This document shows, one piece after another, positions 1 through 12,030 of a stretch of DNA of 64,000 nucleotides. A program made the translations under genes and the position numbers. Source of the DNA: Eledone cirrhosa (Eukaryota); the NCBI GenBank assembly GCA_964016885.1, contig OZ024743.1:23684001-23748000 (forward strand), read 5' to 3'. The notes beneath the pieces are model-generated. The model saw nothing but the letters and a program-made list of their open reading frames with translations, did no database searches and was not told the origin of the DNA. Numbering within the stretch: position 1 is the stretch's first letter; each line of letters opens with the position of its first letter.

Positions 1-190
1 TATATGTATATATATATATATGTTATATGTATATATATTTATATATATGTATATATATATATGTTATATGTATATATATTTATACATATATATATGTATA
101 TATATGTATATGTATATGTATATATATTTATATATATATATGTATATATGTATATGTATATATATTTATACATATATATTTTTATGTATG
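1..190. repeat. Imperfect (TA)n/(TG) microsatellite
   Basis: Almost pure alternating T/A with scattered G/C; explains the spurious Y/I/M-rich ORFs at 4-252. Confidence 0.95.
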
Positions 191-199
191 CATATTGTC

Positions 200-590
200 A
201 GCTGAAAGTTCATAGGCTGACCAAGATACTCTCATGGAATGTGACCAAATGAGGTTTATTTTTCAACATAGTCCCTCTGGCGGTCAGTACGTTTCATACA
301 CCAGTGTTACCGTGCTTAGATCCCATTAATGCATGCAAGATTTCACATCTGCAGCACAAGTCTTTGGTTCCAATTGCTGCTGTGGATGACTTGCGTTGAT
401 CAACCTCCGTATTCCTCTGCTTTCATTCAAAACTAGTATCTCAGTGCTGATGACGTCGTATCTGCTGTTGATGACTTTTTTTTTTACCAACAGGATGAAA
501 GCTACTTCACCAATGCATCATAGTACTGCAACACTGTTGGAAGAAATGTGCAAATCTCAAGGGTGTCTATGTTGAAAAATAGACCTCATC
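200..590 (+). mobile_element. Internally deleted mariner element with long inverted termini
   Basis: 448-582 reads (with frameshifts) DDVVSAVDDFF..QQDESYFTN..LQHCWKKCANLKGVYVEK*, a mariner transposase C-terminus; 252-327 is the approximate reverse complement of 512-588. Confidence 0.8.
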
Positions 591-1151
591 CAACACTAAC
601 TACTTTACAGGTGTGTTTATCGTGTAAATCACTAACACTAGGGAGGTTGTTGTCTTTAACACAACTGAAGAGTCCTTCCAACCATTTGCTTAGCAAATTT
701 TCTATATCTAAATGCCCTTCTTATTACTAACCACTTTAGTCTTTTGTAATTTGCTTGCACTTAACCTTTCTAGAAAGTTAATAGTACATTTTAGTGGTAC
801 TCTTAGATTAAGTTACCCACTTCTACATCATCATTTGGGCCTTTGGAGATTTTGAGTTACCTAGCCAACCCTTGCAAGTAGAGCAGACAGATGTTAAATG
901 ATGATGATGATGATGATAGTGATTCTGTTGCAAGCATTTGGTTCAGGTCTTCGGTTTGAAGGTGACTTCCTCTCACCAGTTGCAGAGGCACTATAAAATT
1001 GTCTTTACCTCCATGACCAAGCAGGTAAAAAAATCAAAAACAATATGAAAACTTAAAACTCTCATCCACAACATCATTTTCTACTAAATTATGTTTCAAT
1101 CAATTCAAACTCCAATTGTATCAGATGTCTTATATTTGGTATGGTATGGTC

Positions 1152-1477
1152 ACGTAACTCCTGATAGAGTCATAGGGGCACCAAATTGACGGACAGTGTT
1201 GCTTGGGCATTTTAAGCATGGCGGAGCCCATCTCTCTCTAGGCCTGAGTACAGCAGATTTCTTCCAGAGAAAGATAGAAAGTGAGAGAGAGGAAATGAGA
1301 AAGAGAATACAGGAAGAATCAACTCCAGTACTTGACTGGTACTTTTTTTTTATCGACCACAAAAGGATGAAAGGCAAAGTTGACCTTGGCAAGATTTCAA
1401 CTCAGAGAGCAGAGCCGGTACAAATACCATAAAGCATTTTATCTGATGTTCTAACGGCTCTGCCAATTTGCCACCTA
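1152..1477 (-). mobile_element. tRNA-derived SINE, long subfamily
   Basis: Minus strand: A-box-like TGGCAGAGCCGTTAG, degenerate B-box, central TTTGCCTTTCATCCTT..GTCGATAAAA..AGTACCAGT domain, tail ending TCAGGAGTTAC. Related copies at about 5100-5330(+), 12750-13063(-), 22020-22220(-), 48120-48335(-), 54690-54900(+), 57040-57315(-), 57350-57630(+), 58920-59203(-). Confidence 0.85.
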
Positions 1478-2084
1478 TATTTACATATGTACATATTCCT
1501 CAGATGAATTTTAACTCAGAACCATTAATATTTCTAAGACTAATTTTGCTATATTTTCGTCAGTTGATAAGCAACCAAGGAGTGGAAATGACAGCAGATT
1601 TGAAATATATTGAGCAGAATGAGATTTTTGTAGGCAAGAACTAATGATGGCTGATAGAAACATACACAAATGAAATGGGATGTAAAACTAAGAGAATAAA
1701 AGAAAATATGAAAAATATATTAATTTCAGCAAGATTTGTTTGTACTAAACAGTTACTAGAGTGTATAGCCTGGATGTTTTTGTTGTTTGGCTCTAGGCAA
1801 ACTATGAGCTGCCATTCTTTCGACTGGCATTCATGTCTTGACCATCTTATCTTTTTTCTGGACAAAGTGTATCCAGAAGTGCATTAGCCAAAATAGTTTG
1901 TGGTTTGAAGGCTGTTAATGTTAGCAGGTTGAATAACTACATACTGGCTCCATTTGCTAGTTCATGGCCTCATTGTTTTGTAGTGAGGTGAATTATATTA
2001 TTTTTAAATAATTACTTACATCTGTGAAATCCTGACATTATTTTTAGTTTTTAAAAATTATAATGAGCAATTAAAAAACTCAAA

Positions 2085-3085
2085 TGTTGCAAAGCCTGTA
2101 GGGAGGATGAAATTTGACTTGAGATGTTAAAAGTCTTAAATAGAGAAGGTATTCTTTGATTGATTCTTGTGTGAAAAGCAGCCTGGATCTTTGGAAAGTA
2201 CCTAAGCATAGGCAAGCATGATGATCCCAATTTTCAAAAAGGGAGATTGCTCTTTGTTAAACCTTGCCAGTAAAGTCTATACTAAGTGTCTGACAGAGAT
2301 GTAGGGATATTTTCAAACACAAGTTAGATGACAAACAGTGTGGTTTTTGTCCTGGATGCAGCACAGCTGGCCTAATATTCACACTGTGGCAGGTCTTTGA
2401 GAAATCGTGAGCGTATGTATTACCAAGAGGTGCATTCTTATTTTGTAGACCTCAAAAAGGCATATGACTGCATTCCACAAGACCTTTTGTTGAAGGTTCT
2501 ACAGTAGTGTGACACCTTATTGCCCTGATGTCTCTATACAAATCTCCTAGTATTTGTGTTCTGATAAATGGTGCCAAGTCGAAACCATTCAATGTGGGTG
2601 TTGTACTCCACCAAGGATGTGTACTATCACCTCTCCTGATATAATCTTCATGAACAGGATTCACATGCGCAGCTGGGGTGTAAGTAGTATTAAGACTGGC
2701 GGTGTAGGATCAGTTCGATGAAATTTGCAGACGGCATAGTATTACTTAACTCATCAGAAAGTGATCTCCGACATGCACTTGATAGGTTTGCTGCTTAGTG
2801 CTGTGAAGACTGAAAAACTCATCCTCTCAAGGGAGCCTGCACAGCACACTCTACATGTGAGTGGAGTTCCACTGAAGCAAGTGGAGAAGTTCAAGTATCT
2901 CAAGGCCATGTTTATGAGTGATGGAAGGAAGGAGGTTGAATTAAGTGCAAGAATTGTAGAAGCTGGTGCAGTAATGTGCCAGCCTCCATATTCAGTCAGC
3001 AGTAGAAAGGAGGTAGGTTTAAAAGCCAAACTCATCTTTAGTTTGGTATATTACCTATAGTCATGAATGTTGGGTAAGGACTTCT
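2085..3085 (+). mobile_element. Decayed RTE-clade (Rex3/Expander-like) LINE reverse transcriptase fragment
   Basis: Broken frames give IPIFKKGD, FVDLKKAYD, GVVLHQGCVLSPLL, KFADG(D)IVLL and LKQVEKFKYL motifs; homologous to 20385-21280. Confidence 0.85.
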
Positions 3086-3890
3086 AGAAATTTGAAATAG
3101 AATAGGAGCAATAAGATTTTAAAGTTTCACCACCATATTAATAATTATCAGCAGGTTTTTTTATGCAGCACCTGGTTTATATTTCTATAAATATTAATGA
3201 CATTTTTAATAGGTTACTCATTCTGTGCACTAGTTTGACTTGACTTTTCTTGTGTGTGAGTCTCTGCATATGCATACACTTTATGCATATATATCATTAT
3301 CATCATTTTACATCTGCTTTCCACACTGTTTAGCTGTTACAGTCTAAAACCACACAGGTCAGAGCAACCTATCTAGTTCATTTAATTTCATATTTGGCAT
3401 GGTTTCTTTGGGTGGATACCCTTCTTAATACTAACCACCTTTTGGGATATACTGGGGGCATTTTTGTGTCATAAGCACAATAGCATTGCAGAATGGACTG
3501 AGTGCATTTTATTGTAGCACCAACACTAACACTTTATAGTTTGAATTGATTGTATTTTCTCATGGCACCAACACTAGACAGATTTATCTCCTGCTCAGCC
3601 AGACAGAAGAGTCCTTTCAGATTTTACATTCTCTCCATTTGATTGCCAAACACTAGCCTCCAGTATCTCACCATGTTTACTTTTTATACCACAATGTTTG
3701 TGAGCTGGTGGACATGTCTTTTGTATCGTGGCATATTGCCTCACCAGTCAGCTTGGTTCTGTGTCAATGTGTGTTTATATATATATATAGAGAGAGAGAA
3801 AAATGTGAAGTTTGAAGGCACAACTATGTGAAAAGGACAAACAAGAGAATAAGACGGAACAAGTTATGTGTTACTTTATTTATTTATCTG

Positions 3891-3927
3891 TCCTGATATT
3901 TTGAGATACAATCTCTTCTTCATAGGA
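3891..3927 (-). ncRNA. Degenerate minimal hammerhead ribozyme motif
   Basis: Minus strand: ucct-AUGAAGA-a-gagau ugu aucuc-AAAA-ua-UC-agga. Helices I and II pair, but the core has C3A and G12A changes, so it is probably inactive. Confidence 0.45.
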
Positions 3928-4644
3928 ATATAATCAGTGACCCGTCAGGAATTGTTAAACACGCTATGTCGTATATATATATACTGTATATGTTCTAATC
4001 TTGAAATATAAGTTCTTTACTTAAAAATACAAGCTGATTATTAAGAAAGTAACAAGAGATTCTTTTTTCAGTGGAGACAGTTGTTCTAAGCATGTGATTG
4101 CATATTTGCTTGAATGCATGCCATAAGAGTGTATGTGCTTCCAGTAGTCAATTTATAAAATGCATCCAGTACATGTGGTTGGCATTAGGAAGGGTATCCA
4201 GCTGTAGAAACCATGTCAAACTGGAATGTATAAGTAATGCATGGTTCTCTGACTGTGACAGAAAATGAATGTAAAATGATGATAATTACATTGGTATGAA
4301 TATGTTTCTGTTTATATATTTGTGTGTTTGTGTGCAGTTTTGTATGCCTCTGTCAGTATACGATATACTAAATATTTGGTGTATATAAGTAGTAGAATTA
4401 CTGAACTGATTTAGCAGCAAAGAGAATTCAATTCATTCCCTGTTTTTGTTTTCATTCATTGATGAAATATGTTGCCAGGCTTTTGACTTATGAGTCCTGA
4501 CTTATTTTAATATATGAACTTCATTTCATCCTTCTTTTGTGGCATACGTTTATGCTTGTCTCTCATCCAATCTATTATTAGACCTTGTTTTTTGTATTTT
4601 TACATTGTTTTATGAGGTAGAGTGATCTGACAAGAACTGTCTCA

Positions 4645-4873
4645 TTAACCCTTTAGCATTTAATCCGGCTGTATCCGGTCAGCATTCTCTCACCTCTTTC
4701 TGTTTAAACCAGCTATAACCGGCCTCTCATACTGATGTTAAGGTATTGTTCTCAAAATAAATAACATTAAAATCTCATAGATTCGATATTATGTGAGATA
4801 ATTATGTAAGGTAAAGCCTTTACCGTGAAAATACAATAGTAAATATAGAGTAATGTAAATGCTAAAAGGTTAA
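4645..4873 (+). mobile_element. piggyBac-like MITE, family 1
   Basis: TTAA|CCCTTTAGCATTTA ... TAAATGCTAAAAGG|TTAA terminal inverted repeats with TTAA duplication. Confidence 0.8.
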
Positions 4874-5334
4874 AGACTTCTGTATAAATATTAGGGTTAA
4901 GTCTTTTCTTGTATAATGATTTTGCCCCTATCCTCCCCCCAAATATAATCCTTTTCAAAGGATAGCATTACATCAAAGTTCTAAGGTGTCACTATTTATC
5001 ACCTTCTGAGAAAGATGACAATATGGGTTTATTGTAATAATTAACTTTTGTGGTATTTTGTGTGTAAAATGTAGTATAGTTGAAGTAGAATAAGGTGGGG
5101 AATTGGAAGTTATTAAAGCATCAGATAGCTTGCTCTGTTGTATGCATTCTGGCTCTCTGTGTTCTGAGTTCAAAACATGCCCTGGTCAACTTTGCCTTTC
5201 ATCCTTTCAGGGTTGAAAAAGAAACAGCCAAATACTGAGATTGTTTCTTCTCCTCTCCTCCCCTCTCTCTCTCTCTCAAGAATCGGATACAGCCAGGCCT
5301 GGAGAGGATGGGGTCTACCAGTTTAAATGCCCCT

Positions 5335-5529
5335 TTAACCCTTTAGTATTTACATTACTTTATATTTACATAATATCTCACATAATATCAAATCTATGAG
5401 ATTTTGATATTATGTATTTTGAGAACAATACCTTAATAACAGTATGAGTGGCCAGTTATGGCCAATTTGAACAAAAAGAGGTGAGAGAATTCTGGCCGGA
5501 TATAGCTGGTTTAAATGCTAAAGAATTAA
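5335..5529 (-). mobile_element. piggyBac-like MITE, family 1 (inverted, partly deleted)
   Basis: Reverse-complement homolog of 4645-4873 with TTAA ends. Confidence 0.75.
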
Positions 5530-6824
5530 CCTCACCAGGAGTCATGGGCTCATGGAAGAAGGAGGGAAGTTCAGGTAGAAATTCAATGTAAAAAGAAGCA
5601 CAAAATATTATAAACCCATACTACTTTACTAGCTGCACATTTAAAAAATATAGATATCTAAAATATAAAAAAAAAAAGAAATTCATTCAAAATAAATATA
5701 TATGTTGGGATACAAACAGAAAAGGAAGATAAAAAATAACTCTGGATATATTTACTTAAATGTTATTTGGTGGACTTGTTTTTATTTTGTTATATTCATT
5801 ATTCATACACTGAATTGTTGAGGTTGGTGGAGGTATCAAGTCAGGTGTTATTTAATTTCTTCTTAAGAAGAAGACTCTCTTTTCATTTATTTTAATATCT
5901 ATAATTATCAGTTTTAAAATTCCATAGCTTTATTGGTAAGTGCTTTCGTGTGACATTCTGGCCCTTCATTTCAGTATTATTATCTGCTCAGTTGTATTTT
6001 TACTTGTCCAACAAGTCATACTAAATTATGTCATAGCTTTGGATTAATAATAGCAATAGTTATTATAGTAATAGGAAAGAGGAAAAGGTTAAGATAAAAA
6101 AATCTCCGAAAAGGAAATATAAGACTTTAAGGTCAAGACTTTTTGTCACTTTAAATGTCTTTTTTTTTTTTTTTTTCATTTTTATATTTTTAATCATAAC
6201 CATTACTATGAATGAACTCCTGTTTTTGATTTTTTTTTGGGGGGGGGGGGGGGGTTATATTTTACTGTATTCAGTTTTCTTTCTTTTTAATACTACAATT
6301 AAAAATAGTGAAAAACTTTAGCCTGTCACGATTAATTTTAGCTGATGACATCTGCTTGAAGTATTGTACTAATTGTATTTTATTGTGCTGCTGTTGTTAT
6401 TGTTTTTATGGTTACTATTACTACTAATAATAATGATAATAATAATGTGTCCCAATTTAATGTCAATACATTGTATGCATTCTTAAAGGTATCTCTTATA
6501 GCCTACAGGTAAGGTGTTGTTCTTTAAGGCATTGAAAAGGAAAATAATAAATATGAAAACAAAGCAATGTCAATTTAATTGTGTAATCACAGCTGATTGT
6601 TTAATTCAACTGATTTAATGAGTTGAGCCAGAATACATAATTTTGTTGTAATCAGCAATTATTTAGTGAGGTGTTGCCTTCTCCAAACTATTTATTTCAT
6701 GAGTCATAGTTATAAAGGGTCTCATCTATTGGTTTCAAAGAGAATAAAAAAATGTATCTGTTCTTTTAGTAATGATTCTGAGCAAATCTGTGCTGTTTAC
6801 AAGAGGAAAATTGAAAATATGGCC

Positions 6825-7050
6825 TTAACCCTTTAGCATTTAAACTGGCTGTATCCTGCCAGAATTCTCTCACCTTTCTGTTCAAACTAGCCATAACAGG
6901 TTGTTCATACTTATGTTAAGGTATTGTTCTCAAAATGAATAATACTAAAATCTCATAGATTTGATACTATGTGAGATAATTATGTGAAATAAAATATTTA
7001 CTGTGAAAACAAATAATAAATATGAAGTAAAGTAAATGCTAATGGATTAA
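6825..7050 (+). mobile_element. piggyBac-like MITE, family 1
   Basis: TTAACCCTTTAGCATTTA start, TAAATGCTAATGGATTAA end; colinear with 4645-4873. Confidence 0.8.
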
Positions 7051-7241
7051 TGCAGCAACGCATTCTCCAGCGGCAACCTGATGCAATCTGCGACTAAACC
7101 AGGTTTTGGACCAAGGAAGGTAAGCTCGCCAAATATTGGTCACTCTCCGGCAGGTTTGTGGTTGAGCCTGAAGCAGTGGAGACTTCTGGTGTCCTTGGCC
7201 CTAGGGCCACTTCCCTGCTCACTACCATCGGCACAAAATTG
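7051..7241 (+). mobile_element. Fragment of a restriction-like endonuclease domain from a CRE/R2-type non-LTR retrotransposon
   Basis: CSNAFSSGNLMQSATKPG, then after a frameshift KEGKLAKYWSLSGRFVVEPEAVETSGVLGPRATSLLTTIG, matching the K..KY..L.....P.AVET.G..G pattern. Confidence 0.7.
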
Positions 7242-7418
7242 TTTACCTATGAGGTGAAATGGCAATTATGTGCTAGACTACTAATGGCATAGTCGTTCTT
7301 GTACATCTGTATTCACAGTTAATATTTCAGTCATACATCGTCACACATTTACACACGTCTCTTCTCTATAAACTGTGTTAACTTCCTGGAATGATTTAGC
7401 TGAAAATATCTAAAAATA

Positions 7419-7838
7419 GGTTTGTTAATTCAAATGCTTATATTATCTTTACTAGTGAACAGATCATTGTGAAAATTTGCAATAAACTAAAGATTTTGAT
7501 TTTTTATTGATGCCTTCATTGTGCATAGTGCTGTTTTGTATTTTTCAAGAATATCTTGGTAATGTGGTTTGTTAATTCAAATGTTTATAGTAGCTTTACT
7601 AATGGACAGATCATTGCAAATGTTTGCAATAATAAAGTCTTTAATTTTTTTAATGTGATACAGTCATAGTGCTCTTTTGTACTTTTCAAGAATGTGGTTC
7701 ATGTGGTTTGTTAATCCAAATGTTTATAGTATCTTTACTAGTTGATAGATTATTGTGAAAAATTTCAATATTATACTAAAAACTATGATGCAGTTATAGT
7801 GCTGTTTTGTAAGTTTCAAGAATGATTTACTAATGTGG
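7419..7838. repeat. Diverged tandem repeat, three units of about 140 bp
   Basis: GGTTTGTTAAT(T/C)CAAATG.TTATA...CTTTACTA...ATAGTGCT.TTTTGTA..TTTCAAGAAT recurs at about 7419, 7566 and 7705. Confidence 0.85.
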
Positions 7839-8082
7839 TACAGGATGTTATGTGTTAAACTTTAACCTTGATCAGTCATTGTCTTTAAAAAAAAAACATT
7901 ACAAGAAATCTCATACATTATAAAATAAATAGGATGGGTTGGGGGTATCTATATGTAAATCATAAGAAGTGTCTTTTATTAGAAATATAATAATGAAAGG
8001 GTTAAGAGTGGTCACTTGTTTTAGGCAGGCATTTTTACAATACTTACAAGTAAATATTACAACAATAGAATGGAAGGAAACA

Positions 8083-8136
8083 ATAGTATCACCGGTGATG
8101 TCACAGGTGTGTGACGAAAGAACTCTGAGAGACTAT
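8083..8136 (+). ncRNA. Degenerate hammerhead ribozyme motif
   Basis: auagu-auca-CCGGUGA-u-gucaca ggug ugugac-GAAA-gaac-UC-uga-gag-acuau. Perfect 6-bp stem II directly before GAAA; two core mismatches. Confidence 0.4.
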
Positions 8137-9181
8137 ACATATATATTTTTAACTGTTGGTCAATCAGTGATAAACATTGATTGCCAGCTAAATTAACTAT
8201 AGGAATATAAGATATACTGAAGCGAAAGCCAACCCAAACCAAACAGTGAGTGTGTTTTATTATATATTTCTAGCAATATTATAACAATATGATCCTCCCC
8301 AAATATAACAATATTTGTTTCAACACACGATCTCATATAAAAACCTTGCAAAACAAATTTATCGCCATCACATCACAAATATTTATTTCACATTAGTATT
8401 TATTTATTTTATTTTATTTTATTTTTTCACTGCACTATCTATGACTGATTGGAGGACATTGTACTATTTTGTAATTACTGGAATGTTTTCCATAATTCCT
8501 TCTAATCATGTTGATTATAGACTATGCTTGGCTGATACTGAATACTACTATCCTTCTAGCAAATGGTTCCTGTTGCTGAATACTTTTAATAGTTCACATC
8601 CTAGACCTCTTTACTTCCTTTTTCATATTCTCTCATATGATATTTCTCTTTCAGAGAACCAAACTATTTAACCCCTTTTGTAAAAAAAATTCCTAAAACA
8701 TTTCCTATTAGAAAATTGTAGACGTCTGTTAGGTTGGAAATGTCTCCATTTGGTCATTTTAGGTTTATAATCTTTTCACCTATTTTAAGTTGTGGTATGT
8801 TGGTGGAGAAATGAACTTGACTTCATTCAATTTATTTATTTGTTTGTTGTTGTTGTTATAATAATCATTATCGTGTTATTTCGTCTGAAAATAGACTGGT
8901 TAGAAACAATTTAAAATACTCGAAACCAACCAAGCCAGAAATTCCTTAAATTATTTGTTGGCTTTCAACACAGTCTTTTACCTAATGACCACTTACTTAT
9001 TAGCTTTATTCTGTGGCTAATTTACAATTTAGTGCGAAATGTGGATCTAACTTGTTTGTTCCCACTCTCATTTGAAATGGTTCAATCTCTGACACTGTCA
9101 ACTCACAATTTCAATTATGTTGAGTGTTCAGTGACTTTACAGAGAGCAAATCAACAGTTTGTATGTGTGTGTAGGGAGGGG

Positions 9182-9236
<55 letters not shown>

Positions 9237-9501
9237 CACCATCATCGTTTAACGTCCATCTTCCACGCTAGCGTGGGTAGGACGGGCAGTCCCTTTATGA
9301 GGGATCAGGTTGGGGGACCGTGATTTGCTCACACAGAACTGATATATATATATTTGAGTATGTGTTGGTTAGTTACCGACACTTCAGTATGCTGGGTAGA
9401 GCACTCAGCGAAGTGCTCAGGTGGATCTGTTTACTCCCGGAGTAATTTAAAACAAGAAGTGTAAGTCAACAGGTTAAAATTAACTTCATTCATTCATATT
9501 C

Positions 9502-9560
9502 GCTGCTATATATATTTCGGCGATAACCATTATTCAACTGCTATAACCTCATCAGGCAGC
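9502..9560 (-). ncRNA. Minimal type-I hammerhead ribozyme (intact core)
   Basis: Minus strand: gcugc-CUGAUGA-gguuauagc...guuaucgcc-GAAA-uauaua-UA-gcagc. 5-bp helix I, 8 of 9 pairs in helix II, palindromic helix III. Confidence 0.8.
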
Positions 9561-10325
9561 TAGAATTTGAACAGAAAAACATAATGATGGAACAAAGTTT
9601 ACCTCCGTTATTTCGGTCATTTGATTTGACCAGTCCCGAAGTATGGTGTTTTTTCTTTGAGAAACAACACCACCATACTTATTGATAATAGTTTCAGTCA
9701 AGAAGGCAAGAAGGAACTGTACATATGACTTTCACAATCTTAAAGGAACTCCTTTAAGATTGGTGTGGTTGGTGTTCAGCTTGAACAACTGCTGCAAGAC
9801 GAAGCCTCTAGGGAAATTGTGGTGGGCCAGAAAAATTTGGTGAAGATGTTTTTCTACTTGCCTTATGTTGCGACTCACCCAGGACAGGCAAAATGAGTCC
9901 CAACCAGTGAATTCATCATTATCATCACCATTGTTTAACGTCAGCTTTCTATGCTTGCAACGGTTGGATAGATATTCGGATGGCCTGGGAGCCTGCATCA
10001 TGTTTACATATGTACTCACACTCTGCCAAGTGCTCAGGCAGGCTGATAGTGGCCTGCGATTCACTTATATACGATCACATGCTCTATCAAGTGAATTTTA
10101 TCATGACACCAGCACTAGGGGGCATCATGTCTTTGACACAGCTGAACAGTCCTCTCGACTCTTTGTTTGGCAAGTTTTCCACAGTTGGATCCCCTTCCAT
10201 ATTACCAACATTATAAAAAGAAGCCAGCCACACTGTGATTGTTGACATCCAACACAGATCAAGATCAAGATCTCACTTAATCATGGTAATCTACATTTCT
10301 AGCTGTCCCATCATACTGTTTACAC

Positions 10326-10790
10326 CAGAGGTTATCAAAGTGGGCGCCAGGGGGCACCGGGACCTAAAATGGTGTGTGGGGGGGGGGGGGGGGGTATAGA
10401 TGATATAATAGTATATTAAATATCAAATAATACATATTATATATATATATATTAACGATTTATTTTAACGATGAGGGCGGTGGTTTGGCAGTATCGGTAG
10501 AGGGTCTGACGCCATGCTTTGCAGCAAAGAGTTACGGCTCTTTATGGTCTGAGTTCAAATCCCGCCGAGGTTAACTTTGCTTTCATCCTTACAGGGTCGA
10601 TAAAATAAAGTACCAGTAATATACTGGGATAATTGCTGGCCGTGTGCCAAAAGTAGAAATAATTATATATAGATTAACGATTTTATTTATTATATATTAT
10701 TTGTGTGTAGGCAGGTCTCTCTGGAAATAGGGCTGGGGGGGGGGGAACTTCTGGTTTACGCTATCCTGGAAGGGACCCTGAAGGGTGTCA
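10326..10790 (+). mobile_element. hAT-type MITE interrupted by a SINE
   Basis: Begins CAGAGGTTATCAAAG and is colinear with 36834-37082; a SINE (about 10475-10665) sits between duplicated ATTAACGATTT motifs. Right end is uncertain. Confidence 0.7.
10475..10665 (+). mobile_element. tRNA-derived SINE, short young subfamily
   Basis: TGGCAGTATCGGTAG A-box-like motif, GAGTTCAAATCCC B-box, central TTTCATCCTTAC.GGGTCGATAAAATAAAGTACCAGT domain (resembles the Meta-SINE domain, from memory), AATTAT tail. Further copies at about 16722-17090(-, two), 20170-20330(-), 20494-20674, 21424-21605, 34835-34935, 40670-40820(-), 48520-48627(-), 51000-51182, 53730-53945, 58200-58620. Confidence 0.88.
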
Positions 10791-11130
10791 TGATTGACTT
10801 CATAGACAACACAGTACATGATCTAAGCATTGCAGCTGTTATAGTATGCAACGAATTAGCTGTGATGAGCAGAGGTTATTGTAGTAACAATATAAGAGGT
10901 ATGTTTTTGTACTAAAGGAAAGTCTGTTGAAGAGAAAGCTGTTGCCAATCAAGGGATGGCCTTCTTTTAGATGCACTCTCGGATGTTTTGGTGTCTAGTA
11001 GCAGCACTGTTCCACATGTGGTAACAGCATTCTATTTTGAATCTCATTTTACCTCTCTAGTACAATTAATAGCAATTCAGAGCAGGGATATTTTTCTAAT
11101 TCTAAAGAGGAAGGCTCGTCTTTGCTTTTT

Positions 11131-11395
11131 TTAACCCTTACATTACCATGATTTTCAAAATAATCAACAATTTGCAGGGATTTAGTAATATAACTAATTT
11201 TTTCATCATTAATTTGGTGTTTGCAACAACTTAATAACGGTTCTTGCATACAATACACACGCACGCACACACAAACACATACGCGCGCACAACCCTGATG
11301 GGTGGTTTTTAGATAAATATAAATACTTTAAAATAAACAGTTTTGTATCATAAACCAAGTGGTGGTTTCATGTGTGTTGGTATCAAAAGAGTTAG
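11131..11395. mobile_element. piggyBac-like MITE, family 2
   Basis: TTAACCCTT start, GGTATCAAAAGAGTTAG end. Homologs at about 13340-13557, 39862-39990, 40349-40565, 44617-44835 and 54244-54476 (TTAA at both ends). Confidence 0.65.
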
Positions 11396-11734
11396 CGCTG
11401 AATCTTTGTATCGATGTAGAAAAATAATTGTTATGGATATTACTGCTACTGGGTGAAATAAGATGAATTCTTGGCCTTCACCTTTTAACCCTTACACTAT
11501 CAAATGCAACTTAACTCAAATTTGCTAGCAGACAATAGTGTGTAAATTTACTTCAGTTATTAAAAGTCTGCTATATTTGACTGACGGTGTGTAAAGAATA
11601 TCTACAAGTTGATACAGGATGCCAATGATTGCTATTTTCAGAGGTACACCTGACCTGACAAATGTGTGTAGTCTTGAAAGAGTTACACCCATAAATACCT
11701 CTGTCATTAAAACACTGAAGCCTAGCTAATGAGG

Positions 11735-12030
11735 AAACCCCCCGTGTGGTCGCTCGACCTGCTAGAAATAGCAGCCAAAATGTCCCTCAAATCTCATGCT
11801 GCCATTTTGAAAATGGAGGAACATATTGGAAAATGTAGTCCTATATATACAATGCCTGAGAGAAGTATGGTCGTGACTGGAATGATATTATTCATTGGTC
11901 TGGTGAATCGGGGTTGACCCTAGTCTAAGGTTACATTGAACAATGCATTCCCTGAGGTACAAAATGACAATGATCAAGGCTGTAATGCTCAATCAGGGTT
12001 GACCTGTGGCTAAACAATAGCAACAGCAAT
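11735..12030 (+). mobile_element. Interspersed repeat with a CTGCTAGAAATAGCAGCCAAA core (SINE-like)
   Basis: Same core recurs at about 14850-15050(-), 16440, 33920, 34090-34280, 51380, 52600(-), 57960(-), 59970. Confidence 0.65.

Noticed and set aside
4-252. Y/I/M-rich ORFs (also 14025, 17398, 19295, 59489)
   Set aside because: Translations of (TA)n microsatellites.
9583-9665. Gypsy gag-like start MEQSLPPLFRSFDLTSPEVW
   Set aside because: Too short; no LTR, PBS or pol sequence seen.
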